This document shows, piece by piece, positions 1 through 8,839 of a DNA stretch of 32,000 nt. This stretch comes from Thermoproteus tenax Kra 1. GTDB taxonomy: Archaea > Thermoproteota > Thermoprotei > Thermoproteales > Thermoproteaceae. The stretch lies in assembly GCF_000253055.1 (NCBI RefSeq), contig NC_016070.1, positions 930,001 to 962,000 on the forward strand. The letters run 5' to 3'. Under the pieces are notes generated by a model, which saw only the letters and a program-made list of their open reading frames with translations, searched no databases and was not told the DNA's origin. Every line of letters starts with the position of its first letter. Positions within the stretch are counted from its first letter, which is position 1. Both the position numbers and the translations under genes were made by a program.

Positions 1-510
1 AACCTCGATCGCTTTCCCTCCGTCGACTAACAACGCCGTCGGCACTCCAGAGACGACGGCTCCGAGCGCCAGTGCGTATTCGTGCGCGAGCTCGTAGGCG
101 AGCTCCGGATCGCCGGCCAGCCTGCCCAATTTGGCCCCCAAGCAGTCCCCGAGCCGCCCGAACTTGGCCTCGGCGATCTCCAACTGCCTCTGTATGGCCT
201 TACGTTCATCTCTGACCTCCGAGGTCACTCTGAATAGCTCCAAGAGATATTTCACTCTCTCCGCCGGCTCGTCCACGCAGAAGGCGGACGCGTTGACGAG
301 GTAGCTTCCCTCCGCCGTCTTCACCTCGCCTAGATCTTTCCATATAGAGTAGTGCACGGGCAGATAGACAAGCTCGAAGTAGGCGCCTGAGGAGAGCAGC
401 TCGTGCCAAACGTTCAGAGCAGCTCTGGCGCAGAACGGGCAGTTCACGTCGTAGAACTCGACTAAGTAGGGGTTGTCCCTCTCGCCCACCCTAGTGACTA
501 AGGCGTCCAT
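1..510 (-). CDS. DsbA-like thioredoxin-fold thiol:disulfide oxidoreductase (3' end runs off window)
   Basis: Absent from the ORF track because it has no stop inside the window. Reverse-strand ATG at 508-510 is open for 170 codons to position 1: MDALVTRVGERDNPYLVEFYDVNCPFCARAAL... The C-P-F-C redox motif follows a beta-strand-like segment, as in DsbA/thioredoxin-fold proteins. A TATA-like 'gtatatta' lies about 25 nt upstream. Confidence 0.6.
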   Translation of the reverse strand, partial: MDALVTRVGERDNPYLVEFYDVNCPFCARAALNVWHELLSSGAYFELVYLPVHYSIWKDLGEVKTAEGSYLVNASAFCVDEPAERVKYLLELFRVTSEVRDERKAIQRQLEIAEAKFGRLGDCLGAKLGRLAGDPELAYELAHEYALALGAVVSGVPTALLVDGGKAIEV

Positions 511-607
511 GGAAAACTTGAGTGGTTCTGAAGTATATTAGTTTTCGGCCGCGGCTGCGCCTAGACAATTGGTTGCAAGAAATTAATTTCCATGTGAACT
601 TTCGTTT

Positions 608-1558
608 GTGGTGAGAGTAGTTGTAGTGGGGGGAGGCATCGCCGGCATCTACTTTGCACACCGCCTCTTGCAGTCCACTAAGGCCGAGGTAATCTTGGTG
701 GAGCCCAAGCCCCATCATGAGTTCGTCATAGGTATACCTATGGCCTACGGAGGGCTCTTGTCCTTCAAAGAGCTCCTTTTCCCCCTCTCGGGCCTCAAGA
801 GGGTGAAACACGTGGCGGACGCCGCGGCGGGCGTAGAGGGGACCTGCGTGAGGCTCAGGGGAAGCGCCAACGTCTGCGGCGACTATTTGGTGTTAGCGCC
901 CGGCTCATATAAGGTGGGGACCGCCGAGTACTGGAGCGTCGAGGGCTCCGAGAGACTCTTTGAGAGGATAAAGCCGGCGAGGGCCGTGAGGTTCGTGGTG
1001 AGCGAGTATACGCCGGTGATAGGGTTTCAAGAGCTCGCGTACGCCCTCAAGGCGCGCTTCCCCGAGAAGGAGGTCTCGGTGCACTTAGTCTACGTGTCCA
1101 ACGACTACATCTTCCTCCTGGAGCCCTGGAAGGCCAAGGCCAAGGAGATAGGCGTAGAGGTCAGCGAGGATCCGCCGCCGGCGAAGCCCAGCGGCGAGGT
1201 CCACATCTCGGTCCCCGCCGTGAGGCCCCACCCGCTCGCCGTGGGCCTTGAGGTCAAGCCGGAGACCCTTGAGACTCAGTACGAGAGGGTCTTCCTCATA
1301 GGCGACTCCTCCCTCCTCAAGCTCAGACTGCCGCCGATAGGCTGGGGCTCTCTGTGGCAAGCGTCCCTTGCAGCTCAGGCAGTGGCCTCGGAGATCGAGA
1401 GGGGGTACGTGGAGGTCCGACCAGACGAGTGGACGGCCAACACAGACCCCGAGTCCTTCAAACGCTGGCTCACCTACCGCATGACCACGGGCACTCCGCT
1501 GGTGCATCTGAAGGGTCTGTACGAGATATGGGCCAAGAGGGTTATCTCCTCTCTGTAG
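608..1558 (+). CDS. FAD/NAD(P)-binding oxidoreductase (pyridine nucleotide-disulfide oxidoreductase, SQR/NDH-2-like, short form)
   Basis: GTG start. N-terminal Rossmann fingerprint VVVVGGGIAGIYFA followed by EVILVE. A second dinucleotide-like segment and C-terminal LIGDS match this flavoprotein family. TATA-like 'aaattaattt' lies about 20 nt upstream. Confidence 0.6.
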   Translation: MVRVVVVGGGIAGIYFAHRLLQSTKAEVILVEPKPHHEFVIGIPMAYGGLLSFKELLFPLSGLKRVKHVADAAAGVEGTCVRLRGSANVCGDYLVLAPGSYKVGTAEYWSVEGSERLFERIKPARAVRFVVSEYTPVIGFQELAYALKARFPEKEVSVHLVYVSNDYIFLLEPWKAKAKEIGVEVSEDPPPAKPSGEVHISVPAVRPHPLAVGLEVKPETLETQYERVFLIGDSSLLKLRLPPIGWGSLWQASLAAQAVASEIERGYVEVRPDEWTANTDPESFKRWLTYRMTTGTPLVHLKGLYEIWAKRVISSL

Positions 1559-1643
1559 TCCCCCAGGAGATCTGAATCAGACGCGCGGCCCCACATTAAG
1601 GCGGTTCCGTCATAGCTTAAAAGGGGGATACTGTAGCCTTAAC

Positions 1644-2786
1644 GTGTGGGAGCAGCTTCAACTGGCGTGGTCAGCGTTGTGGGAGCGGAGAGGAAGGACT
1701 CTTGGGGCAATCGCGGGGATAGTGATAGCGTATATAGCGCTCACCTTTGCGCTGTCTGTCGGCAACGCCTTCCGTATCTCGAGCATACGGTTGTTCCAAG
1801 CTCTGGGCACCAACAACGTCTTCCTCGTGGGCTCGTTCACTGACGCAGACGTGGCCTCTGTGAAGGTTTATACGGCCCCCTACGCTCTGGCGGTGATCCC
1901 AGTATCCGGGGCTCTGGGCTCCATAAGGCTCCCCAACGGGAAGATAGAGGGCGTGAATATATACGGAGTGCCCGCCCAAGACGTGAAATATCTATTGCCT
2001 CCGTCGTCTCTGGCTCTGGGGACGAACGCAGTTGGAGGCGGCCTGGCGATAGTGGGGTACTACGTCGCGTTTGACAGAGACACGGGCGCACAGCTGTTGG
2101 CGCCGGGGTACCCTATAGTGTTAGACTACGGAGGCAAGTCCTATAACTTAGTCGTCTCGGGAGTCCTATCTCTGGAACATCCAGGCATCTTGAACACTGT
2201 GACGTCAGTGGTGTTGGACGAGGCGCAGTTTAAGTCCATCACGGGCGTGGACACATATCAGATAATCGTTGTAACTCTCAGAGACTCTAGCTACATCGAG
2301 AGAGTCCAGTCTCTGTTGAAGGCCGTCTATCCCAACGCGCAGGTGATCACGTTGGCATCGTTAGTTCAGACGATAAACCAGTTCTTCCTCGGCCTAGAGG
2401 TGTTCCTCGGCCTGGTCCCGGGCGTGTCCAGTGTGATAACTGCTCTGTGGCTCTACGACACAATGACTATATCGGTGTTACAGAGGACTAAGGAGTTCGG
2501 CATTCTGAGGGCCATAGGCTTCAAGAGCAGACAGATAACCGCCCTGGTCTTGTACGAGGCCATCATAATAGCCTTAATGGGCATAGGCGTGGGCGCCGTC
2601 CTCCTCGCGCCACTGAGCTTAGTTCCAATATCGTTCTTTCCAGGGATGCCGTTGCGCGTGACTCCGCCGCTCCACATAGCGCTGGCCACTGCATCGTTGG
2701 TGCTCGCCGTGAACGCGCTGGGAGCGCTCGCGCCTGCCGTGAGGGCCGGCAGACTCAACATAGTGGAGGCCCTCAGATACGAGTGA
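1644..2786 (+). CDS. FtsX/MacB-type ABC transporter permease (no ATPase partner in window)
   Basis: N-terminal TM segment (RTLGAIAGIVIAYIALTFALSVG), a large extracytoplasmic domain, then three C-terminal TM helices. Family-typical tail: KEFGILRAIGF ... ALAPAVRAGRLNIVEALRYE. Confidence 0.7.
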   Translation: MWEQLQLAWSALWERRGRTLGAIAGIVIAYIALTFALSVGNAFRISSIRLFQALGTNNVFLVGSFTDADVASVKVYTAPYALAVIPVSGALGSIRLPNGKIEGVNIYGVPAQDVKYLLPPSSLALGTNAVGGGLAIVGYYVAFDRDTGAQLLAPGYPIVLDYGGKSYNLVVSGVLSLEHPGILNTVTSVVLDEAQFKSITGVDTYQIIVVTLRDSSYIERVQSLLKAVYPNAQVITLASLVQTINQFFLGLEVFLGLVPGVSSVITALWLYDTMTISVLQRTKEFGILRAIGFKSRQITALVLYEAIIIALMGIGVGAVLLAPLSLVPISFFPGMPLRVTPPLHIALATASLVLAVNALGALAPAVRAGRLNIVEALRYE

Positions 2787-2791
2787 GGCGT

Positions 2792-3865
2792 ATGTACGAC
2801 TTAGTGATAGTCGGCGCTGGGCCCGCGGGGGCCTCCGCCGCCATAGCGGCGAGACGGCTAGGCCTGAGCGCCCTCGTAGTAGATAGATTCAAACCGCCCA
2901 GGGAGAAGCCTTGTGGCGGCGGCCTCACGCCGAGGTCTTGGAAGCTCCTAGAGCGGCTCGGAGTTGAATACAAATGGTACGGGGAGTGTAGGGAGATCAG
3001 GGTGAAGGTTGCCGATATAAAGTACGTGCACAGAGGCGAGCCCATCAGAGTGACCAGAAGGCCTGAGTTCGACAAGATGCTCTTGGAGCAGTCCGGGGCC
3101 GACTTCGTTGTGGACAGAGTGGTGAAGGCGGAGGCAGGCCGAGTGATAGGCGAGAGGGGGACATACGAGGGCCGCGTCGTGGTTGGCGCAGACGGAGCCA
3201 ACAGCGCTGTGGCGAGATCGCTCGGAGTTCCTCCGCCGGGGCCTAGGACGCACGGCATTGCGTTCATGTCAATAGCGCAAGGGGACTTGGGCGACACGTG
3301 CATAATAGATTTCGACTTCGCCTACGAGACGACGGGCGCCCCCGGCTACGCCTGGGCCTTCACAGTTGGCGAGAGGGGAGTTGACGTAGGCATCGGCATA
3401 GGCTGGTCCCCCTGGAGGGACCTAAGAGGACCCCTCCTCAAGTGGGCCGAGCAGCTGGGGCTTAAGCCTGGCGGAGTCTTGGGGCATCCCCTCAGCCTGG
3501 GCTCAGTGGAGAGCTTGGGCAGAGAGAACGTGCTCTTAGCTGGAGAGGCCGCCGGGCTTGTCGACGCATCGACAGGCGAGGGGATATACTACGCCGTAGC
3601 CTCTGGCGCTCTGGCCGCGTTTGCCGCATATATCGCCGTTAAGGTGAGGGGGAGGCCGCGCGAGGCCCTCTCGATATACTCAGAGTTGGTGAAGCCCTAT
3701 GTGGACGAAGTGAGGAGGAGCAGACTCATAGGGCGCTTCCTCTCCAAGTTCGGCTACAATAAGACGGTGGCCCGCGCCCTGGGGAGGCGGTTAGTGGAAC
3801 TGTACACCAAGGTGACCTCAGGCGAGGCTACCTACGGCCTTATCCCCATCAAGCCTAAGGGCTGA
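2792..3865 (+). CDS. Geranylgeranyl reductase-family flavoprotein (FixC/ChlP-like)
   Basis: MYDLVIVGAGPAGASAAIAA (GxGxxG), REKPCGGGLT, GADGANSAVAR and GEAAGLVDASTGEGIYYA are the characteristic GGR-family blocks. The maximal ORF starts at GTG 2783, overlapping the FtsX stop as GTGA. ATG 2792 places the Rossmann motif at the usual distance. Confidence 0.75.
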   Translation: MYDLVIVGAGPAGASAAIAARRLGLSALVVDRFKPPREKPCGGGLTPRSWKLLERLGVEYKWYGECREIRVKVADIKYVHRGEPIRVTRRPEFDKMLLEQSGADFVVDRVVKAEAGRVIGERGTYEGRVVVGADGANSAVARSLGVPPPGPRTHGIAFMSIAQGDLGDTCIIDFDFAYETTGAPGYAWAFTVGERGVDVGIGIGWSPWRDLRGPLLKWAEQLGLKPGGVLGHPLSLGSVESLGRENVLLAGEAAGLVDASTGEGIYYAVASGALAAFAAYIAVKVRGRPREALSIYSELVKPYVDEVRRSRLIGRFLSKFGYNKTVARALGRRLVELYTKVTSGEATYGLIPIKPKG

Positions 3866-4675
3866 GGCGCCCCCCAAGGAGGGAAGGAACCGCTTGGTCT
3901 TCAGACCCGCCGACCTCAGACACTCCTCGGCGTAGTCGGCCTCGTCGGAGCGCGTGAGGAACACCAGAACGCCCTTCTTCACATAGAGGGCGTCCCCATA
4001 CCTCAGACACCCAGCGGCGCGGGCCTTCAGCTCTCTGTTGAGGAATCCCACCTCCTCCGAGAACTCCATGCTGGCCCTTGCGAAGGTCTCGTACGTGGGA
4101 TCTGCGAAGATCTTGCGCAGATACTTAGGCGCAATGGACGAGAGCTTATCGGAGAGCGCCCTCAACATCTCCGGCGTCGGAATCTTGTTCAACTCCGACG
4201 TGAGGACGACGAGGTCGCGCGGAGGATCTATCCTCTCGACGCGGCCCACGCCGGGGGCTCCCGGCGATGTCCTCAGCTCGATGCCTCCCCCGTGGAACTC
4301 CGCTATTACGTCGCCCAAGCCAGTCCTTAGCTCCACTTCCACTATGTGCGCGATCTGGGCGGCCTCCAAGGGCGTTCTGCCCAAGAGGGCTGCCAACCCC
4401 AAGGCGGTCCCCAGCGCGAGGGCGCCGCTGAGGCCGTAGCCGTATCCGAGCTCGACGGGCGATCTGTAGCTGGCCGAGGCCGAGGCTCCCATCAGTGAGA
4501 TCACCCTCTGGATGTGCGGCAGATCGACGGGGCCGGGGCCGAGCCGCACGTACACCTCGGCGCCGGGCTCGAGGAGGACGCCGCACCCCACGGAGCCTGT
4601 GGCGAGCGGGTCGTCGGCGTAATGAGGGAGCCATATGCTGGTGACGTGCAGGGGGACTCTAGCCACTGCCGACAT
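3818..4675 (-). CDS. GHMP-superfamily kinase, probable archaeal pantoate kinase
   Basis: Glycine-rich GHMP motif region ELGYGYGLSGALALGTALGLAALLG. It overlaps the end of the upstream phosphopantothenate synthetase gene by 17 nt, and this gene pairing defines the archaeal CoA route. The call comes from motif plus context, not from a search. Confidence 0.6.
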   Translation of the reverse strand: MSAVARVPLHVTSIWLPHYADDPLATGSVGCGVLLEPGAEVYVRLGPGPVDLPHIQRVISLMGASASASYRSPVELGYGYGLSGALALGTALGLAALLGRTPLEAAQIAHIVEVELRTGLGDVIAEFHGGGIELRTSPGAPGVGRVERIDPPRDLVVLTSELNKIPTPEMLRALSDKLSSIAPKYLRKIFADPTYETFARASMEFSEEVGFLNRELKARAAGCLRYGDALYVKKGVLVFLTRSDEADYAEECLRSAGLKTKRFLPSLGGASALRLDGDKAVGSLA

Positions 4676-5453
4676 CGAACTGCAGGGCGACGCCCCTCTG
4701 GGACAGCTCCGCGAGCCTGCGCGCTATATGCTCCAAGACCTTCCTCAAGTTTGCATCGTTGTCGAAATTCTTTACTATAGACAAGAGCTCCTCCCTGGGA
4801 AGCCCCTTGAGCTCTGCGGCGAACTTGGCAATGTTGGGGAGCGCCCTCACGACGTTGTCCACTATTGTTATCGAGGCGGCTCTGGAGGTCCTCGATAGCG
4901 GGTTTAAGTCAACGGCCACGACAGTCTTGCCCATCCTTCTAAGCGCCTCGGTCCTATCGCCGTCCTCCAGAGGGACCAACACGACGTCTGCGGCGTAGAT
5001 CCCCCGGCAGGAGACGCGCCTCCTCTCACTGAAGAGCTCAGGTATTGTACAGGCGGCGTCCTCCCCCACTCCTAAGACCTCGGCAGCGCCGGCCCTCTTC
5101 AACACGGCCTCTATCTGCCTCTCCCTCTCGGGAGTTCTATAGAAGAGGTTCACCTCGATCCTCGCTCCGACTATCCTCGCCAGCTCCACCACGGCCTCGG
5201 GCGCCAGCGCCGCCACGTTGCCGTTCACCGATATCACGGGGAGCTGGGCCGAGAGCAACGCGGCTGCGGCCGCGCGCTCTGCCTCCAGCGCAGGCGGCGG
5301 AGTCTCCTCGCCTATTAGGTAGTCGAAGCACTCCCCTCTGCCGTGGGCTATGAGGCCCTGCAGCGCTACGTACCCCTCGCGTACTCCCTCGACGACTTTC
5401 TCCCTCATCAGCAGAGACGTCCTCCTCGGATGGTTGGGCGGGATCCACTCCAC
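4659..5453 (-). CDS. 4-phosphopantoate:beta-alanine ligase (archaeal phosphopantothenate synthetase)
   Basis: Blocks HPRRTSLLMRE, GLIAHGRGECFDYLIGE, PVISVNGNVAALAP and IEVNLFYRTPERE match my recollection of the archaeal PPS (COG1701) family. Confidence 0.7.
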   Translation of the reverse strand: MEWIPPNHPRRTSLLMREKVVEGVREGYVALQGLIAHGRGECFDYLIGEETPPPALEAERAAAAALLSAQLPVISVNGNVAALAPEAVVELARIVGARIEVNLFYRTPERERQIEAVLKRAGAAEVLGVGEDAACTIPELFSERRRVSCRGIYAADVVLVPLEDGDRTEALRRMGKTVVAVDLNPLSRTSRAASITIVDNVVRALPNIAKFAAELKGLPREELLSIVKNFDNDANLRKVLEHIARRLAELSQRGVALQFDVGSG

Positions 5454-5465
5454 GGCTAGAGAAGG

Positions 5466-6305
5466 TCAGGGTAATAAAGCAGTGCGCCGCCCCTCAAGGG
5501 CCTTCACCAAACGCCATAGCGTCTCGTTGACAGGCGTGGGGACGCCGAGCTCCCTCCCCCTCCTCACTATGGCGCCGTTTATGTAGTCCACCTCGGTACG
5601 TCCCCCTCTCGCAACGTCTTGATACATAGAGGAGAGGTTCCACCTCGTGGCGGCGGCCACTCTGAAGGTCTCCTCGACGGGGTCGCCCGGCAGACGCACC
5701 CCCGAGCGAGATGCGACCTCGCCCCCCTCCCGCGCGGCGGCCTCGGCAACGGCCCTCGCCCAAGGGTCCTCGACCACGACCCCGTTGGGCGCCCTCAGAA
5801 GGGCAGTAACGGGGTTTATTGCCGCGTTCACTATCGTTTTAAGCCAGCGGTAGGGGCCCACGTCGGGGACCGCTCTGACGTTGGCCCCTCCGTTCCTCAA
5901 GTCGTCCACGAGCCTCCCGGCATCCTCCGGCAGTATGATCTCCCCCGCGCCCCTCACCTCTACTACATCGCTAGACCTATAGGCCCCGTACGTCACAACT
6001 GCGCCGAGCCCCTTCCCGTATCTCTCCACCACTAGCTCTAGACCGCCGATCCCATTCTGGAAGATCACCGGTACACCTCTGATGTGCGGCAACACGCCCT
6101 CTGTATCGTAGGCCTTGACTGCAACTAGGGTGTACTCAACATCGGGGACCTCGTCCACGTAGGCCACGTCCAGCGTATAGGTCTCGCCGCCCCAGACCAC
6201 GCGTCTGACTCTACTTCTGGCCAAGACGTACGGCCTATGGCCAGCTCTGTTGAGGAACAACGCAAGGAGGGAGCCCACGGCCCCCAGCCCTATTATTGCA
6301 TACAC
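5466..6305 (-). CDS. panE: 2-dehydropantoate 2-reductase (ketopantoate reductase)
   Basis: N-terminal MYAIIGLGAVGSLLALFL Rossmann motif, central FQNGIG block, C-terminal SSMYQDVARGGRTEVDYINGAIV typical of PanE/ApbA. First gene of the panE-PPS-PoK operon. Confidence 0.75.
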   Translation of the reverse strand: MYAIIGLGAVGSLLALFLNRAGHRPYVLARSRVRRVVWGGETYTLDVAYVDEVPDVEYTLVAVKAYDTEGVLPHIRGVPVIFQNGIGGLELVVERYGKGLGAVVTYGAYRSSDVVEVRGAGEIILPEDAGRLVDDLRNGGANVRAVPDVGPYRWLKTIVNAAINPVTALLRAPNGVVVEDPWARAVAEAAAREGGEVASRSGVRLPGDPVEETFRVAAATRWNLSSMYQDVARGGRTEVDYINGAIVRRGRELGVPTPVNETLWRLVKALEGRRTALLP

Positions 6306-6416
6306 GTAGACTAATACTGGGGGATCTTAAAGGGTCTAGCCGGAAGACCGGAGCATATCCGCGGAGATCGCCCCATTATTACCTATAGGCACATACTTTA
6401 TGACTGATATTTTCGA

Positions 6417-6430
6417 AAAATTTAAATAAG
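6417..6430 (+). promoter_or_regulatory. BRE/TATA element of the NiCoT transporter gene
   Basis: 'aaaatttaaataag' is centred about 26 nt upstream of ATG 6450. The spacing fits a leaderless crenarchaeal promoter. Confidence 0.5.
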
Positions 6431-6449
6431 GGATATTTTTCCCTAAGAT

Positions 6450-7538
6450 ATGACTAACAAGAGCTATAAAGGACGCTTCGAAATAGCATTATTTTATATA
6501 TCAATAGCAATAATAACTGCACTTTTAATGATATGGTTATATAATTTATCAATAAGAGCTCAGAATATATCTGTAAATATAAGAGGCCAATCTGTCAGCT
6601 TATTTGCCCTAGGGACTTTAGCATATCTTTTTGGTCTAAGACATGGGCTCGACGCAGACCACTTGGCGGCCATAGACAACAGCACTAGGAAGCTGGTACA
6701 AGAGGGCAAAAATGCTAGATGGACCGGCTTGTTCTTCTCTTTGGGCCATTCTACGGTGGTCATACTGCTCTCTGCGACGTTGATGGTCGCTACTAGATAT
6801 ATAATCAGCGAGATACCGACCCTGGAGAACATCGGCTCAATAATAGGGACTCTGATCAGCGGAGTATTTCTCTATATAATCGGCTTGTTAAACTTCCTAG
6901 TCTTCTTCGAGATATATGAAATATTCAGGCGCATGAGGTCTGGGGAGCTCGACGAGGCGAGGCTCAACGAGCTCCTCTTGAAGAGAGGCTTCTTAGCGCG
7001 CTATTTCAACCCGCTCTTCAAGATAGTAGACAGAGCGTGGTATATGTACCCCATTGGCTTTCTATTTGGTCTCGGCTTTGAAACGGCGTCTGAGACAGCC
7101 TTGCTCGCTATTTCGGCTGCATCAGCCGGCGTCTTTAAAGAGATCCCTCTGTGGAATCTGTTAGTATTTCCATTCTTATTTGCGGCAGGCATGGCCCTGG
7201 TGGACGGCACCGACGGCTTCTTTATGTCGAGCGCCTACGGTTGGGCCTTCTCAAACCCGCTACGTAAAGTGTGGTACAATCTCACTATGACCATAATATC
7301 GGTCATGGTGGCATGGGTAGTCGGCACGTTGGAGCTCCTCGGCTTGATTCAGTCCGAGTTTAATTTGTCCGGCCCATTCTGGGACTGGATAGCTTGGATA
7401 AACGGCGATTATGCGTGGGGCATAATGGGCGTATTCATAGTAGCCCTCTTCGCCGTTACGTGGACCATATCAATAGCTATATATAAGCTCAGGGGGTACA
7501 AGGTCTTGGCTGCAAGTCAACAGCCCGCTCAATCTTGA
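6450..7538 (+). CDS. NiCoT-family (HoxN/NhlF-type) nickel/cobalt permease, cobalt predicted from context
   Basis: Signature GLRHGLDADHLAAIDN (H-x4-D-H in TM2), plus FSLGHSTVV and GLGFETASE. Multiple TM helices. Sits beside cbi genes. Visibly AT-richer than its neighbours, especially the first ~200 nt. Confidence 0.8.
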   Translation: MTNKSYKGRFEIALFYISIAIITALLMIWLYNLSIRAQNISVNIRGQSVSLFALGTLAYLFGLRHGLDADHLAAIDNSTRKLVQEGKNARWTGLFFSLGHSTVVILLSATLMVATRYIISEIPTLENIGSIIGTLISGVFLYIIGLLNFLVFFEIYEIFRRMRSGELDEARLNELLLKRGFLARYFNPLFKIVDRAWYMYPIGFLFGLGFETASETALLAISAASAGVFKEIPLWNLLVFPFLFAAGMALVDGTDGFFMSSAYGWAFSNPLRKVWYNLTMTIISVMVAWVVGTLELLGLIQSEFNLSGPFWDWIAWINGDYAWGIMGVFIVALFAVTWTISIAIYKLRGYKVLAASQQPAQS

Positions 7539-7543
7539 CAAGA

Positions 7544-7551
7544 CCTTTTTT
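7544..7551 (+). terminator. T-run terminator after the NiCoT gene
   Basis: 'cctttttt' lies 6 nt after the TGA stop. Oligo-T tracts act as archaeal intrinsic terminators. Confidence 0.35.
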
Positions 7552-7577
7552 AACGCGCTAATTTTGCCCTAAGCGCC

Positions 7578-7910
7578 TCAAGCCAACAGCCTCTGCACGG
7601 CCTCCACAAAATCCACGATCTTGTAGACGTCTCTATCGGCGTCATACACGAGGAGCTGTCCATCGGAGCCCCTCAGCAGAAAGTACCTCAGCTCTGGATC
7701 GTGAGCCACATACGGGAGCAGAGATCCGAACATAGACACAAGCTCGTTAGCCGCAACAGCGTAACACACCTCCTTCTTCTTGCCCTTAGCTACACAATCT
7801 TGAAAACGGCCTCTGATGCCTCTGAGGCCGTCCCTCAACATGTCGATCTTGAGATCTCTAGGTGAGATCCCGTCGTCCATTCTAAACATGGAGGAGGAAC
7901 CGGAGCCCAT
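7578..7910 (-). CDS. Hypothetical protein (about 103-110 aa)
   Basis: Maximal ORF MGSGSSSMFRMDDGISPRDL...; no family recognised. The only TATA-like element ('ctattaaatg', 7908-7917) suits the internal ATG at 7889 (MFRMDDG...) better than ATG 7910. Confidence 0.4.
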   Translation of the reverse strand: MGSGSSSMFRMDDGISPRDLKIDMLRDGLRGIRGRFQDCVAKGKKKEVCYAVAANELVSMFGSLLPYVAHDPELRYFLLRGSDGQLLVYDADRDVYKIVDFVEAVQRLLA

Positions 7911-8202
7911 TTAATAGTTTGAGCCCACCCTGGGGCGTAGCCGTTGGACGACGCACGAGATAGACCGGCCGTCATACGACGTTGCCCAGAGGAACATTTG
8001 GCGTGGGACTGCCGCTTGCCTCATTTGAAAGACCTCTAAAGGGGCTTGAGGCCAAGGTCTCCGCCGCCAGGACACCGTTCGGGCGCTCCTAGTCGCTCCG
8101 CCGGTCGTAAGGATTTCCCTGCCGTTTGCACGCTACAGATGCGACAAAGCGCTTTTATTTAGATGCGCCTTCGGCTACGTGGCCATAACACTTTCCTCCG
8201 CA

Positions 8203-8637
8203 GTGGCAGAGCCTCTGAAGAGGGCAGCTGGGGATAGGGATGTAGAGGCCCTTCTCGCAGATCTGTCGGCCGGGAGACTCGACCCCGCCCGAGCGCATCG
8301 AACTATACCTCCGGCTCCACGAGAAGTACCTCAGAGAGGCAGAGGAGCTGTATAGAAGGGGGGATCTTGCACAAGCCGGCGAGGAGTATTGGGGCGCGGT
8401 CGCATCCCTGCTGAACACACTGGCGGAGAAAGGGGGCCCACTACGGCCACAGAGATTACGCAGTGTTGATCGACAAGCTCTACAGAGAGACGAGGGACAG
8501 AGAACTAGTCGCAGGGTTAACCATGGCGGAGAGCCTTCACGCCAACATCTACCACAACTTCTCAAGAGGGCTTTGAAGTACACCGAGAGGCTGTGCTGAA
8601 GCTTGTGGAGAAACTACGACCCCTCCTCGCCACCTGA
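8203..8637 (+). pseudogene. PaREP1-like family gene disrupted by about three frameshifts
   Basis: Four frames spliced together read VAEPLKRAAGDRDVEALLADLSAGRLDPA / ERIELYLRLHEKYLREAEELYRRGDLAQAGEEYWGAVASLLNTLAEKGG / AHYGHRDYAVLIDKLYRETRDRELVAGLTMAESLHANIYHNFSRG / EVHREAVLKLVEKLRPLLAT*. This resembles my memory of the Pyrobaculum PaREP1 helical family. The shifts fall in C or G runs (8283-8290, 8432-8436) and at 8571-8576. TATA-like 'gcttttattta' at 8151-8161. Confidence 0.5.
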
Positions 8638-8839
8638 AGGGCGAGGGCCTCACTGTGAGGGCCTCGCCCGTTGCCCGTGGTTGATGGGCCGCGGCTGGGG
8701 CGGGCATTGTGGCGTCCCCCGCCGGGGCCATTCCGCGCTTGAGTTCGCCCCCGCGCGGCGCCCGCCCTAAGAGGTGAAGTTTATCGTTTATTTTATCAAG
8801 CGGCCGCTGTTCCTACACAGCCGCCCCAATTGTACGCTC

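Noticed and set aside
7911-8024. A 37-codon ORF (MRQAAVPRQMFLW...) lies in frame with, and is separated by a single TAA from, the 7578-7910 hypothetical gene. This could indicate a disrupted longer gene or stop-codon readthrough.
   Set aside because: It resembles no known family and has no good TATA at the right distance. The downstream gene has its own plausible TATA and internal ATG. An in-frame arrangement has a 1 in 3 chance.
8697-8767. A 71-nt GC-rich segment whose ends are complementary (ggggcggg ... cccgccc), which superficially resembles a tRNA acceptor stem.
   Set aside because: No D-arm, anticodon arm or T-arm (no GTTCRAATC-type loop) can be drawn on either strand. It is most likely GC-rich spacer or gene debris downstream of the PaREP1 relic.
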